From Planctomycetota bacterium (GTDB taxonomy: Bacteria > Planctomycetota > GCA-002687715 > CAIWVZ01): a stretch of 64,000 nt of DNA. The position numbers and the translations under genes were made by a program. The notes below the pieces were generated by a model. The model made no database searches and was not told the origin of the DNA. It saw only the letters and a program-made list of their open reading frames with translations. The first letter of the stretch is position 1, and every line of letters starts with the position of its first letter. The stretch covers positions 224,001-288,000 of the forward strand of contig JBGANV010000007.1 of the NCBI GenBank assembly GCA_044222185.1, written 5' to 3'. This document shows positions 37,430 to 46,883 of the stretch, in pieces.

Positions 37430-40075
37430 TCAGGGGCAGTTCGGTGCCGTGTCGTAGTTGATCGTGATGTCGTTCACGCTCGGCAGCGTCGCATTCGACG
37501 GGGTCGCGGGCGGAGCCGGGTAGCTCACGTGCACGCGGAAGCGGATGAACGGATACCCGTCGAGCTCGTTGATGCTCGCTGCGAGGATCGGTCCACCACC
37601 GGTCGCCGTCGACTTGATCGTGCCCGAGTCGAAGATGCGGTTCTGCGGCGTGCTGTTGACGGCCTCGAAAGCACCTTCATAGGAGATCTGCAGCGCGGCG
37701 TTCGGCGCGTTGCCGACGCTGAAGGTCTCGACGACCGAGGTGAAGTCCGGCGCGCCGTAGCCCGTGTAGAAGAAGTTCGACAACGCGTCACCGTTGACGC
37801 CGTTGGCGTACTGGAAGGTCGGCGTGCTGATGACGCCGCCGGTCGCCGGGACGACGAGGAATCCCGTCGGAATCGGGCCGCTCGCGGCCTCGATCTGCAA
37901 CAGCCCCTTGCCGCCGCCGCCAGACGCCTGGTTCGAGCATCCCTGCTGGTTGATGCCTGCACCCACTCGGCCCGGCCCGTCGATGTTCATCGTGGCGGTC
38001 GCCGCGATGGTGACGGTCGAGAACGACTGGATCCAGATCTCGCCGCCAGAGCCGGAGCCGCCGGCACCCGAGAGCGTCGAGCCGAGTGCGCCCTGCACAC
38101 CCGAGCAACGGATGAGGCTGCCAGCGCCCTGCGTGTAGCTTCCGACGCAGGAGATGCGAATGCCGCCACCGCCACCACCGCCGCCACCGCCCTGGTCGTC
38201 GGTCTGCGGGATCGTGCCGGTCGTCTCGAGGTGGTCACCACCACCGCCGCCACCAGAGCCGGCCGACGGCGTGTTGATGGGCGGAACCATGATCGCGGGT
38301 ACCGCCGACGCGATGGCGACGGGCGGGATCACGGGGCTGACGGTGCCGCAGATGGCGCTGTTGGCGCGCGGGCGGCCGTCTTCGCCTGCCGTGCCCGCGG
38401 TGCCACCGGCGCCACCGAGGCCGCCGATGTCACCAGCCGTGCATCCGGCGACGACCGGGAAGCAGCCGCCACGGCCACCGGGACCGCCCGCATAGAACGC
38501 GTTGCCCGGCGTGCCTGTATTGGATGCGCCCGTCAGGAGGCGGGGTCCGTAACCGTTCTCGCCCGAGGTCGCGCGAGCGTTGCACGCGCCGGGCGAACCG
38601 TCACCGCCGTCACCGGCACCGGCGTTTCCGACGCCACCCTTGGCGACGCATGTCAGACCACCGCCGTTGTTCTGGGCGCCTGCGCGCGGGCCCTGATTCG
38701 GATCGCCGATCGGCGTCGGAGCCTGGAGGGTTCCGCCCTGCGCATCCAGCGTCCCGTTGATCACGATGTTGCCCGTGCACCGGATGTGGGCGCGGTACGG
38801 GCCGACGACGCGGAGGGTCACGCCGGCCGGGATGTTCACGTTCGTGTAGTTGAAGAAGCCCTGGCGCGTCGTGGGCGAGTTCGTGTCCAGGTTGGCGTTG
38901 GCCGCGGGCGTCAACGGCGGATCCGAACCGTCACCCGTGAGGGCGAGGGGGAACGTCGTCGAGAGCTGGCCGGTGCCGTCCCAGTGGAGTTCGCCCGTCG
39001 CGGTCGTGCGGTTGGCGAAGGTGTCGAAGTTCTCGACGATGGGCGCGTGCGGCGCGAACGTCACGGGGTTCGTGGCGAAGAACAGCTGGGCCGTCGGGTT
39101 CCCCGCCGCGAGCTGGACCGGATTCCCGCCGAAGTCCTTCACCGCGCTCGTCACGACGAGCTGGTAGGTCCGGCTGCCGAGCAGCGGGCTCGACGCGATG
39201 TAGTCGACGCGCGACTGCGTCGCGAGCGAGGGGATGCTGCCTGCCTGAAAGAACTGGATGGCGCCCGGCACCTGCGCGCCGGTGGCCGCGTCCACGATCT
39301 TGATGTTCGAAAGGCTGATGCCCGTCGGGTTCAGCGGCTCGCTGAACAGGATCGTGACGGTGTTGCCGCTGACGGAGCACGGGTCGATCGCCGCGGGCGC
39401 CGGGTTGCCCATGGAAGGCGACGTGAAGGCGACGAACGGTGCCCCCGCGACCGGGTCGACGAAGGACGGGCACGAAGCCGTGCTCGTCGGGCAGTCGCAC
39501 GTCGTGAAGCACGTGATGGCCTCGTTCGCGATCGACTGGCCGTTCACGACGAGGACGTTCTGGGACGTACCACCGCGCGGGATCGAGATCTGATAGGTCG
39601 ACACGGACGTCATGCCGGCGACGCACGGGGCCGCAGGGCTGGCCGGCGGCGTGGGCGTGAACGTGACGCGCCGGCGGTTGCCCACCGGGAGCGTCGGATC
39701 ATCGACCACCGAGAACGCGCCGACGGCGGGCACCGTGATGTTGTTGCCGCCTGAGGATGTGACCGTCGTGATGTTGATCGAGCCGATGGCGGTCCCCGTC
39801 TGTGGGAGGCTGCCTGCATCGACGGAGCCGGCGAAGTCGAAGATGATCGTCGAGTTGACCGCCACGCCCGTCGGGCAAACCGGCGGGGGAGTTGGACTGG
39901 CGTTGACGGCCGTCCAGATCGGAGTCCCCACGCCCTGTACCGAGATCTGGCTGATCGATGCCGCTGCCGGGGCGCTGTCTCCGCCGCCCCCTCCACCGCC
40001 ACAACCGGAGAGGGTCAACGTTGCGCACACCACGGTCGCGAGCGTCAGCCCGCAAAGATCACGAAGCAACCTCAT
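37430..40075 (-). CDS. Lipoprotein with Ig-like domains and a glycine-rich C-terminal region (paralog A, ~881 aa)
   Basis: AAAGGAG RBS; MRLLRDLC..TLTLSG-C lipobox. Same architecture and conserved Cys as paralog B. Confidence 0.9.
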   Translation of the reverse strand: MRLLRDLCGLTLATVVCATLTLSGCGGGGGGGDSAPAAASISQISVQGVGTPIWTAVNASPTPPPVCPTGVAVNSTIIFDFAGSVDAGSLPQTGTAIGSINITTVTSSGGNNITVPAVGAFSVVDDPTLPVGNRRRVTFTPTPPASPAAPCVAGMTSVSTYQISIPRGGTSQNVLVVNGQSIANEAITCFTTCDCPTSTASCPSFVDPVAGAPFVAFTSPSMGNPAPAAIDPCSVSGNTVTILFSEPLNPTGISLSNIKIVDAATGAQVPGAIQFFQAGSIPSLATQSRVDYIASSPLLGSRTYQLVVTSAVKDFGGNPVQLAAGNPTAQLFFATNPVTFAPHAPIVENFDTFANRTTATGELHWDGTGQLSTTFPLALTGDGSDPPLTPAANANLDTNSPTTRQGFFNYTNVNIPAGVTLRVVGPYRAHIRCTGNIVINGTLDAQGGTLQAPTPIGDPNQGPRAGAQNNGGGLTCVAKGGVGNAGAGDGGDGSPGACNARATSGENGYGPRLLTGASNTGTPGNAFYAGGPGGRGGCFPVVAGCTAGDIGGLGGAGGTAGTAGEDGRPRANSAICGTVSPVIPPVAIASAVPAIMVPPINTPSAGSGGGGGGDHLETTGTIPQTDDQGGGGGGGGGGIRISCVGSYTQGAGSLIRCSGVQGALGSTLSGAGGSGSGGEIWIQSFSTVTIAATATMNIDGPGRVGAGINQQGCSNQASGGGGKGLLQIEAASGPIPTGFLVVPATGGVISTPTFQYANGVNGDALSNFFYTGYGAPDFTSVVETFSVGNAPNAALQISYEGAFEAVNSTPQNRIFDSGTIKSTATGGGPILAASINELDGYPFIRFRVHVSYPAPPATPSNATLPSVNDITINYDTAPNCP

Positions 40076-40180
40076 TGGCCCATCACTCCTTTGCTCGTCC
40101 CGGAGGAACTGGCGAGCTCGAATCCAGGCGCCGGTTCCCTGCAGGTTGGAAACCCGTCGGTCGCGCTGGACACGATCTGT

Positions 40181-40196
40181 TGCAAACCCAGTGCCG
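40181..40196 (-). promoter_or_regulatory. sigma54 (-24/-12) promoter motif of paralog A
   Basis: Minus strand CGGCACTGGGTTTGCA (GGCAC-N5-TTGCA), about 105 bp upstream of the start. Confidence 0.7.
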
Positions 40197-40308
40197 TCAT
40201 TGTCTGAAATGCCATGACGTCCCAAGCCGCGCAGCTGCATCACCTTCTGAACTTGTCCACACCGAACACACGGTGCGATTCCGCGAACTGTGCGAGCTTG
40301 CAACGTCC

Positions 40309-40332
40309 CGCCGGTCTCGAGACAGACCGGCG
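40309..40332. promoter_or_regulatory. Inverted repeat, candidate enhancer site for a sigma54 activator
   Basis: CGCCGGTCT-N6-AGACCGGCG, about 115-135 bp upstream of the -24 element. Confidence 0.4.
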
Positions 40333-40585
40333 ACCTATTCCAGCCACCGCGACACACATCCCTGACGCGAGGGCGGGGCGGATCATAAGGCGGCGACCGA
40401 AATTGATCAACGTTCGTTGAGGGGGTTGGGCGAGCCGGGTCGCCCCTCTGGACGCCTGGCCGACCCGGCGGTGTCAACGCAGTTCCGGGAATGTGGCGAG
40501 CGAACACGGTCGGCGGCGGCGCCTCGCGGGCGGCCGAGCTTGGCGAGCCGTTCTCCCCGCCGTAGCCTTCCGGCTCAGTCGAGCC

Positions 40586-41320
40586 ATGGATTCTCCTCAC
40601 GTCATCGAACCGGAGTCGGGCCAGCCTTGCTGCGGCCAGGAGGCCCCCCTCCTCATCGCCGTTCAGGTGTTTTCCACCGAGATTGAGCCCACTCTTCGAC
40701 GTTGTGTGGAGGCCAGCGGGTGCCGCCTGTTCGCGGCCGTCGGGGGGGAGGCGGGTGCGTTCGTGGTCCAGGGAGTCCTGGCCCAGCTTCGGGGACTTCG
40801 GGATCGCCTCGCGCCGGTCCCCGCCCTGAAGCACGTCCGGGAGGCCGTCGCATGGGCGCTCGGCGACTCCGTCGCCTCGGATTCCATCGCCCAGGTCGGG
40901 GAGGAGCTCTACAAGCGGGGAGCCGTCGCCGAGGAGATGCGGGTCGAGCCGGGGACGACCATGGTCGTCTCGAAGGACTTCACCTTCGATGCTGCCCACA
41001 ACCTGCCGCGCTACGTCGGGAAGTGCGAGCGGCTGCACGGCCATACCTTCCGCCTTCGAGTGAGCGTGAACGCGCCGTTGGACGGTTGGTCAGGGCTTGC
41101 GTTCGACTTCCACGCGTTGAAGCGGACCGTCTCCGAGCGGGTCGTGGCCGTCCTCGATCACTCCTACTTGAACGAGATCGTCCCCAACCCCAGCGCCGAG
41201 TTCCTCGCCATCTGGATCTGGAGGCGCCTCGCCGACCTCCCGCTGCATGAGATCACGGTGTGGGAAACCCCCACGTCCTTCGTCGTCTACCACGGCCCGC
41301 CCAAGTCCGTCGCGACCTGA
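40586..41320 (+). CDS. queD: 6-carboxytetrahydropterin synthase (QueD/PTPS) with a ~125-aa N-terminal extension
   Basis: FTFDAAHNL, KCERLHGHT, LDHSYLNE, NPSAE and VWETPTS. The start could alternatively be 40961. Confidence 0.88.
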   Translation: MDSPHVIEPESGQPCCGQEAPLLIAVQVFSTEIEPTLRRCVEASGCRLFAAVGGEAGAFVVQGVLAQLRGLRDRLAPVPALKHVREAVAWALGDSVASDSIAQVGEELYKRGAVAEEMRVEPGTTMVVSKDFTFDAAHNLPRYVGKCERLHGHTFRLRVSVNAPLDGWSGLAFDFHALKRTVSERVVAVLDHSYLNEIVPNPSAEFLAIWIWRRLADLPLHEITVWETPTSFVVYHGPPKSVAT

Positions 41321-41394
41321 CCCGAGCGCGCGTTGCCGAACTGGCGGACGCCGCGCACACTGTGGCGCGAATTCGGCCGAAGACGGAGAAACCC

Positions 41395-43494
41395 ATGCCC
41401 CGGAAACCCTTCCGGATGTTCGCGTCGTGCTTGTCCCTCGCCCTGGCGCTCGCATGCAGCAGCGACCACCCCGAGGATCGCAACCCGTCGACTCCAACAC
41501 CCCAGGACGCGAGTGCCCGTTCCATGACCGACGACCGCAAGTACCTGGTGGATCGCGTCGAGGACGTGGGGATCGTCCAGGTCTACGCCGATGGATTCGA
41601 GCGGCTGACGACGAACGACCGGCTTCTGTGCTGGCACCTCTACGAGGCCGCGCTGGCCGGACGACCGATCTTCATCCAGCAGAAGTGCGCCGAGGGCCCG
41701 GCGATCCAGACCCTGTGCGAGGAGATCCTCACCCACGCCTCCGGCCTGGACCCGCAGTCGGTCGAGCACGTCCGCCATTACATGAAGCTCTTCTGGGTGA
41801 ACAACGGGCCATACAACGCGGTCACCGCGCGCAAGAACCTCATGCCGGGCACGCCCGAGCGACTGCTGGCCGCAGCCCAGGGCGCTGAGAAGAACGGCGC
41901 CAATCTGGGGAAGGCCGAAGGCGAGACCACCGAGGATCTCGTGCTTCGTCTGCGTCCCATGCTGTTCGACGCGGGCTACAAGCCCATGGTGACGGCGAAG
42001 AACCCCGAGGGTGGACAGGACATCATCCAGGCGTCGGCGGTGAACTTCTACGGCCCGGGCGTGACGTTGAAGGATCTGGAGGGGCTGAAGGAGGAGTACG
42101 CGCTGAACTCGACGGTCGTGAAACAGCCGACTGCCGCCGGTGCGGCGCTGCGCGAGATTCCCTGGCGCTCGGGCGACCCCTCGGCGGGCAAGGCCCCGGG
42201 CCTGTACGCGGAGGAGATCGGTCGGATCGTGAGTCACCTGGAGGCCGCGCGGCCCTACGCCACGCCCGCCACCCGCAAGGCGCTCGACGCGCTCATCCGC
42301 TGGTACCGCACCGGTGAGGACAAGGATCGCGAGGCCTACGACATCGCGTGGGTCGCCGACAAGGATTCGACGGTCGATACCGTGAACGGCTTCATCGAGG
42401 TCTACCTCGATCCACGCGGCAAGAAGGGCGCCTGGGAAGGCATCGTTTCCTACGAAGACCCGAAGAAGGCCGAGCTGATCAAGAAGATCGCCGAGAACGC
42501 CAAGTGGTTCGAAGATCACATGCCCTACGACGCGGCGTTCAAGAAGGAGAACGTCACGGGCATCTCGGCGCGGTCCATCGACGTCGTGATCGAGACCGGT
42601 GACTCGGGCCCGGTGACCCCCATCGGCATCAACCTCCCGAACGATCAGTCGGTGCGGGAGACGTACGGGTCCAAGAGCGTGAGCCTCGCCAACATCGTCG
42701 AGGCGTACGACAAGTCGGCCTCGCCGGCGGCGCGCTCGGAGTTCTGCTGGGACGAGGCCGAGGTCGAGCGCCAGGTCCGTCTCGGGTCGCTCACGGCCGA
42801 CCTCACGACGAACATGCACGAGGTGATCGGCCACGCCTCGGGCCGGCAGGCGCCCGACAAGCAGGGCGACCCCGCGACCTGGATCCGCGAGTACTACTCG
42901 GCGCTGGAGGAGGCCCGCGCGGACCTCGTCGCGTTGTGGTTCATCGCCGATCCCAAGCTGAAGGAGCTGGGGCTCGTCGACGATCCGCAGGAAGCCGCGC
43001 GCACCGAGTACGAGTCCTACACGCGCAACGGCGCCATGACGCAGCTGCGGCGGATGAAGCAGGGTGATCAGCTCGAAGAGGATCACATGCGCAACCGCCA
43101 GATGGTCGTCGGCTGGATCATGGCGAACAGCAACGCCATCGAGAAACGCACGCGTGACGGCAAGACGTATCTCGTGGTCTCGGACGTGAACGCGTGGCGC
43201 GAGGCTGCCGGCAGGCTTCTCGCCCTCGTCCAGCGGCTGAAGAGCACGGGCGACTACGACGGCACGAAGAAGCTCTTCGATGCGTTCGGCGTCAAGTTCG
43301 ATCCCAAACTGCGCGACGAGGTCATTGCACGCTATGCACAGCTCGACGTGCCGGCGTACACGGGATTCCTCATGCCGCGCCTTCAGCCCATGAAGGATGC
43401 GGCGGGCAAGACGGTCGACGTCAAGATCTCGTACCCGCTCTCGATCGAGCAGCAGATGCTCGAGTGGTCCGGACGCCGCAAGCCGCCGGAGTGA
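41395..43494 (+). CDS. Dipeptidyl-peptidase III (M49), predicted lipoprotein
   Basis: NGFIEVYLDPRG.KG.WEG, PIGINLPND, HEVIGH hexapeptide, LEEARADL and HMRNR. LALA-C lipobox. Confidence 0.92.
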   Translation: MPRKPFRMFASCLSLALALACSSDHPEDRNPSTPTPQDASARSMTDDRKYLVDRVEDVGIVQVYADGFERLTTNDRLLCWHLYEAALAGRPIFIQQKCAEGPAIQTLCEEILTHASGLDPQSVEHVRHYMKLFWVNNGPYNAVTARKNLMPGTPERLLAAAQGAEKNGANLGKAEGETTEDLVLRLRPMLFDAGYKPMVTAKNPEGGQDIIQASAVNFYGPGVTLKDLEGLKEEYALNSTVVKQPTAAGAALREIPWRSGDPSAGKAPGLYAEEIGRIVSHLEAARPYATPATRKALDALIRWYRTGEDKDREAYDIAWVADKDSTVDTVNGFIEVYLDPRGKKGAWEGIVSYEDPKKAELIKKIAENAKWFEDHMPYDAAFKKENVTGISARSIDVVIETGDSGPVTPIGINLPNDQSVRETYGSKSVSLANIVEAYDKSASPAARSEFCWDEAEVERQVRLGSLTADLTTNMHEVIGHASGRQAPDKQGDPATWIREYYSALEEARADLVALWFIADPKLKELGLVDDPQEAARTEYESYTRNGAMTQLRRMKQGDQLEEDHMRNRQMVVGWIMANSNAIEKRTRDGKTYLVVSDVNAWREAAGRLLALVQRLKSTGDYDGTKKLFDAFGVKFDPKLRDEVIARYAQLDVPAYTGFLMPRLQPMKDAAGKTVDVKISYPLSIEQQMLEWSGRRKPPE

Positions 43495-43506
43495 TTCGAA
43501 CCGCCC

Positions 43507-46089
43507 ATGCCCACGCCCGTCATGCAGCAGTATCTGAGCGTCAAGGCTCAGCACAAAGACGGGCTTCTGCTCTTCCGCATGGGCGACTTCTTCGAGTTGT
43601 TCATGGAGGACGCGGAGAAGGCCTCACGCATCCTCGGCCTCACGCTCACCTCGCGCGACAAGGGTGAGAACCCGATCCCCATGGCGGGGATCCCGGCTCG
43701 CACGCTGGACAACTACGTGAGTCGCCTCGTGCGTCTGGGTGAGAAGGTCGTCATCTGCGATCAGGTGCAGAGCGCGAAGGAGGCGGACGGCATCATCGAC
43801 CGCGCCGTCGTTCGGGTCGTGACGGCCGGGACGCTCACGGAGGACTCGGCGCTTTCGGGGCGCGACAACAACTTCCTCTGCGGCGTCGTCATCGGGAAGA
43901 CGACGTGCGGGGTCTCGTGGGTCGATCTCTCGACGGGGGCGTTCTTCGCAACGGAGGTCGGTCGCGACGCCCTGATCGACCTCCTGGAACGCGTCGACCC
44001 GGCGGAGCTCCTCCTTCCCGACAGCTCCCGCGACGCGGGCTCGCCGTATGAATCCGTGCGGTCGCACTTCGGACGCCCCACGTCCACGATGTCCGACTGG
44101 ATGTTCGACGCTGACGACGGCGCGCGCATTCTGCGGGAGCACTTCAAGGTCCGAACGCTCGAGGGCTACGGCGTCGGCGAACTGACCGTCGCGATCGGCG
44201 CCGCAGGTGGCGTGCTGCGGTATCTCCAGGACACGCAGAAGAGCAAGGTCGAGCACGTCAACGCGATCCGGCGTCCCGACTTCGGCCGCCAGATGGTGCT
44301 GGATCGGGTCACGCGTGCGTCCCTCGAACTCGTTCGGACGTTGCGAGATGCCACGCGCGAGGGCAGTCTCCTCGGCGTGATCGATCGGACCCGCACGGCG
44401 GCGGGCGCGCGCCTCCTGAAGAACTGGGTGCTGGAGCCGCTCGCGGTCGTGGACGAGATCCGACACCGCCAGAACGGCGTCGCCGAGCTCGTGGGTGATG
44501 CTCAGCGCCTGCGTGGCGTCCGCGATCTCCTCGAGCGCGTGCACGACATCGAGCGGCTGATCGCGCGCCTTTCCTGCGGCCGCGGGACGGCGCGCGAGCT
44601 GGTGAGCCTCCGGCAGACGCTGGCGCTCCTGCCCGAGCTTCGTGCGAGCCTCGCCGGAGCGTCGTCCGAGATCGTGCGCCGGGCTGCTGCCGACCTGCCC
44701 GATCTCGCAGCGCTCGACGATCTGCTCCAGCGCTCGCTCGTGGACGAGCCGCCGGTCACCGTGAAAGAGGGCGGAATGATCCGCACGGGCTTCAGCACGG
44801 AGGTCGACGAGCTCCAATCGCTGCGACGCGATGGGCAGTCGTGGATCGCGCGCTATCAGGCGGAGCAGATCGAGAAGACCGGGATCCCGACCCTGAAGGT
44901 CGCCTACAACCGGGTTTTCGGCTGGTACATCGAGATCACCAACGCACAGTCCGGGAAGGCTCCGCCGGAATACGCGCGCCGCCAGACCGTGAAGAACGCC
45001 GAGCGGTACACGACGCCGGCACTGAAGGAGTTCGAGAACAAGGTCCTGCACGCCGAGGAGCGGATCGGCGAGATCGAGTACGAGATCTTCCTCGATCTGC
45101 GCAAGGCGGTCCTCGCCCGAGTTCCCGAGCTTCAGACGACGTCGGACACGCTCGCCCTCCTCGATTCGCTCCAAAGCCTCGCGACCATCGCACGCGAGTG
45201 GAATGGATGCCGCCCCGAGGTCCACGAGGGCATCGAGATCGACATCCGTGAAGGCCGGCATCCCGTGCTCGCGTCCCAGGTGGGCGGACCGGCGTTCGTC
45301 CCCAACGATCTGCTCTTCGGGCCCGACCGCAGGCTCATCGTGATCACGGGTCCGAACATGGCCGGAAAGAGCACCTACATCCGCCAGTCCGCGCTGCTCG
45401 TGTTGCTGGCGCAGATGGGGTCGTTCGTGCCGGCCGCCTCGGCGTCGATCGGAGTCGTCGACCGGATCTTCACGCGGGTTGGGGCCAGCGACGAACTGGC
45501 GCGCGGCAATTCGACGTTCATGGTGGAGATGATCGAGACGGCGAACATCCTCCACCACGCCACCGAGAGAAGTCTGGTGATCCTGGACGAGGTGGGGCGC
45601 GGCACGTCGACGTTCGACGGGCTCGCGCTTGCGTGGGCCATCACCGAGCACCTGGGGCGGCGCGTGCGGTGTCGCGCGCTATTCGCGACGCATTATCACC
45701 AGCTGGTGGATCTGGGCGCCTCGCTTCCCGGTGCCGTCAACGCCAGCGTCGCCGTGCGCGAATGGGGCGAAGAGATCGTATTCCTCCATAAGATCATCGA
45801 GGGGGGCACGGATCGCTCCTACGGCCTCCACGTGGCGCGCCTGGCCGGCCTTCCGCGCGATGTGATCGAGCGCGCCAAGGACGTTCTCGCGACGATCGAG
45901 GCGACGCCGGTCGCGCGTCCTGCCCCTGCCGCGCCCGGGGAAAAGAAGACCAAGGCGGTCGAACAGCTCTCGCTCTTCGACGCGCCCGAGGATCCCATCG
46001 TCACGGCGCTGCGTGGCACGGACCCCGATCGCCTCACGCCATTCGATGCCCTCTGCCTGTTGCGGGAGTGGAAGAAGCGGCTCGATTGA
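43507..46089 (+). CDS. mutS: DNA mismatch repair protein MutS
   Basis: TPVMQQY, FRMGDFFELF, TGPNMAGKSTYIRQ, STFMVEM, DEVGRGTST, FATHYH and SYGLHVA. Confidence 0.98.
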   Translation: MPTPVMQQYLSVKAQHKDGLLLFRMGDFFELFMEDAEKASRILGLTLTSRDKGENPIPMAGIPARTLDNYVSRLVRLGEKVVICDQVQSAKEADGIIDRAVVRVVTAGTLTEDSALSGRDNNFLCGVVIGKTTCGVSWVDLSTGAFFATEVGRDALIDLLERVDPAELLLPDSSRDAGSPYESVRSHFGRPTSTMSDWMFDADDGARILREHFKVRTLEGYGVGELTVAIGAAGGVLRYLQDTQKSKVEHVNAIRRPDFGRQMVLDRVTRASLELVRTLRDATREGSLLGVIDRTRTAAGARLLKNWVLEPLAVVDEIRHRQNGVAELVGDAQRLRGVRDLLERVHDIERLIARLSCGRGTARELVSLRQTLALLPELRASLAGASSEIVRRAAADLPDLAALDDLLQRSLVDEPPVTVKEGGMIRTGFSTEVDELQSLRRDGQSWIARYQAEQIEKTGIPTLKVAYNRVFGWYIEITNAQSGKAPPEYARRQTVKNAERYTTPALKEFENKVLHAEERIGEIEYEIFLDLRKAVLARVPELQTTSDTLALLDSLQSLATIAREWNGCRPEVHEGIEIDIREGRHPVLASQVGGPAFVPNDLLFGPDRRLIVITGPNMAGKSTYIRQSALLVLLAQMGSFVPAASASIGVVDRIFTRVGASDELARGNSTFMVEMIETANILHHATERSLVILDEVGRGTSTFDGLALAWAITEHLGRRVRCRALFATHYHQLVDLGASLPGAVNASVAVREWGEEIVFLHKIIEGGTDRSYGLHVARLAGLPRDVIERAKDVLATIEATPVARPAPAAPGEKKTKAVEQLSLFDAPEDPIVTALRGTDPDRLTPFDALCLLREWKKRLD

Positions 46090-46258
46090 GCGGCGCAGCG
46101 ACTCGGGTGCAACGTCTCGCAGCCGGGCGCAGGCCGCACGCGGGTGTTCCGGCAACATTTGTCGTCGCCTGCGAATGCCCGCCCCAGTAGGATCTGGTCT
46201 CGGTTCGAACACCAGACCACGCAGCGTTGGATCGACACCTTCGAGGAGTCTCAAGCCG

Positions 46259-46615
46259 ATGAACTATCCCCCCTATCCTCCGGGTCAACAGCCGCCGGTG
46301 CCGCCGGGTTATCCGCCGCCGCCCCCGGGGTACCCGCCCTACGGGATGATGGAGCCGGCGCGGGGTGGCTTGATACTCGCGCTCGGGATTCTCGGGTTCA
46401 TCCTGTGCCCGCTGTTCGGTCTCGCAGCGTGGCTGATGGGCAACACGGATCTGGACAAGATGAACCAGGGGCGGATGGACCCGAACGGTCGGTCGCTGAC
46501 CGAGGCCGGGAAGGTCTGCGGAGTCGTCAGCACCCTGCTGATGGGACTCGGCCTCCTCGTGGTCCTCGTCTTCTTCGTCTTCGCCGCCGGCTCGGTCGCA
46601 ACGCTACCCCGCTGA
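46259..46615 (+). CDS. DUF4190-like small membrane protein with a Pro-rich N-terminus
   Basis: GAGGAG RBS; MNYPPYPPG..; RGGLILALGILG..AWLMG..DL..M..GRMDP.GR.LT.AG..CG. Confidence 0.8.
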   Translation: MNYPPYPPGQQPPVPPGYPPPPPGYPPYGMMEPARGGLILALGILGFILCPLFGLAAWLMGNTDLDKMNQGRMDPNGRSLTEAGKVCGVVSTLLMGLGLLVVLVFFVFAAGSVATLPR

Positions 46616-46633
46616 CGCCGGGCCGGAGCGCCG

Positions 46634-46660
46634 GGCCACCGCCGTATCGGCGGTGGCCGG
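46634..46660. terminator. GC-rich hairpin between convergent genes
   Basis: GGCCACCGCCG-TAT-CGGCGGTGGCC; no U-tract. Confidence 0.45.
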
Positions 46661-46883
46661 CCGGTTCGCCGCGCGTCCCGCGCGGTCCAACCGGTGCGGA
46701 ACGAGGCTCGGTGCAAGATCACTGATGCGCGTCCAGTGATCGAAGGTTGCCCCGCCGATCGACCCCGGCCGGCCCGGTCGTCCTCGCTTCGCTGCGGTAG
46801 ACCGGCGATCCGGCCACTCGTCCTCGCTATCGCTGCGGTCGAGTGGCGCTCCTTCCGCTTCGCCGCGGTCGCCGAATCATCGG

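Noticed and set aside
40076-41044. 323-aa N-terminal extension of the 1204-aa ORF
   Set aside because: It overlaps queD on the opposite strand. The RBS, lipobox, promoter motif and alignment to paralog B all point to a start at 40075.
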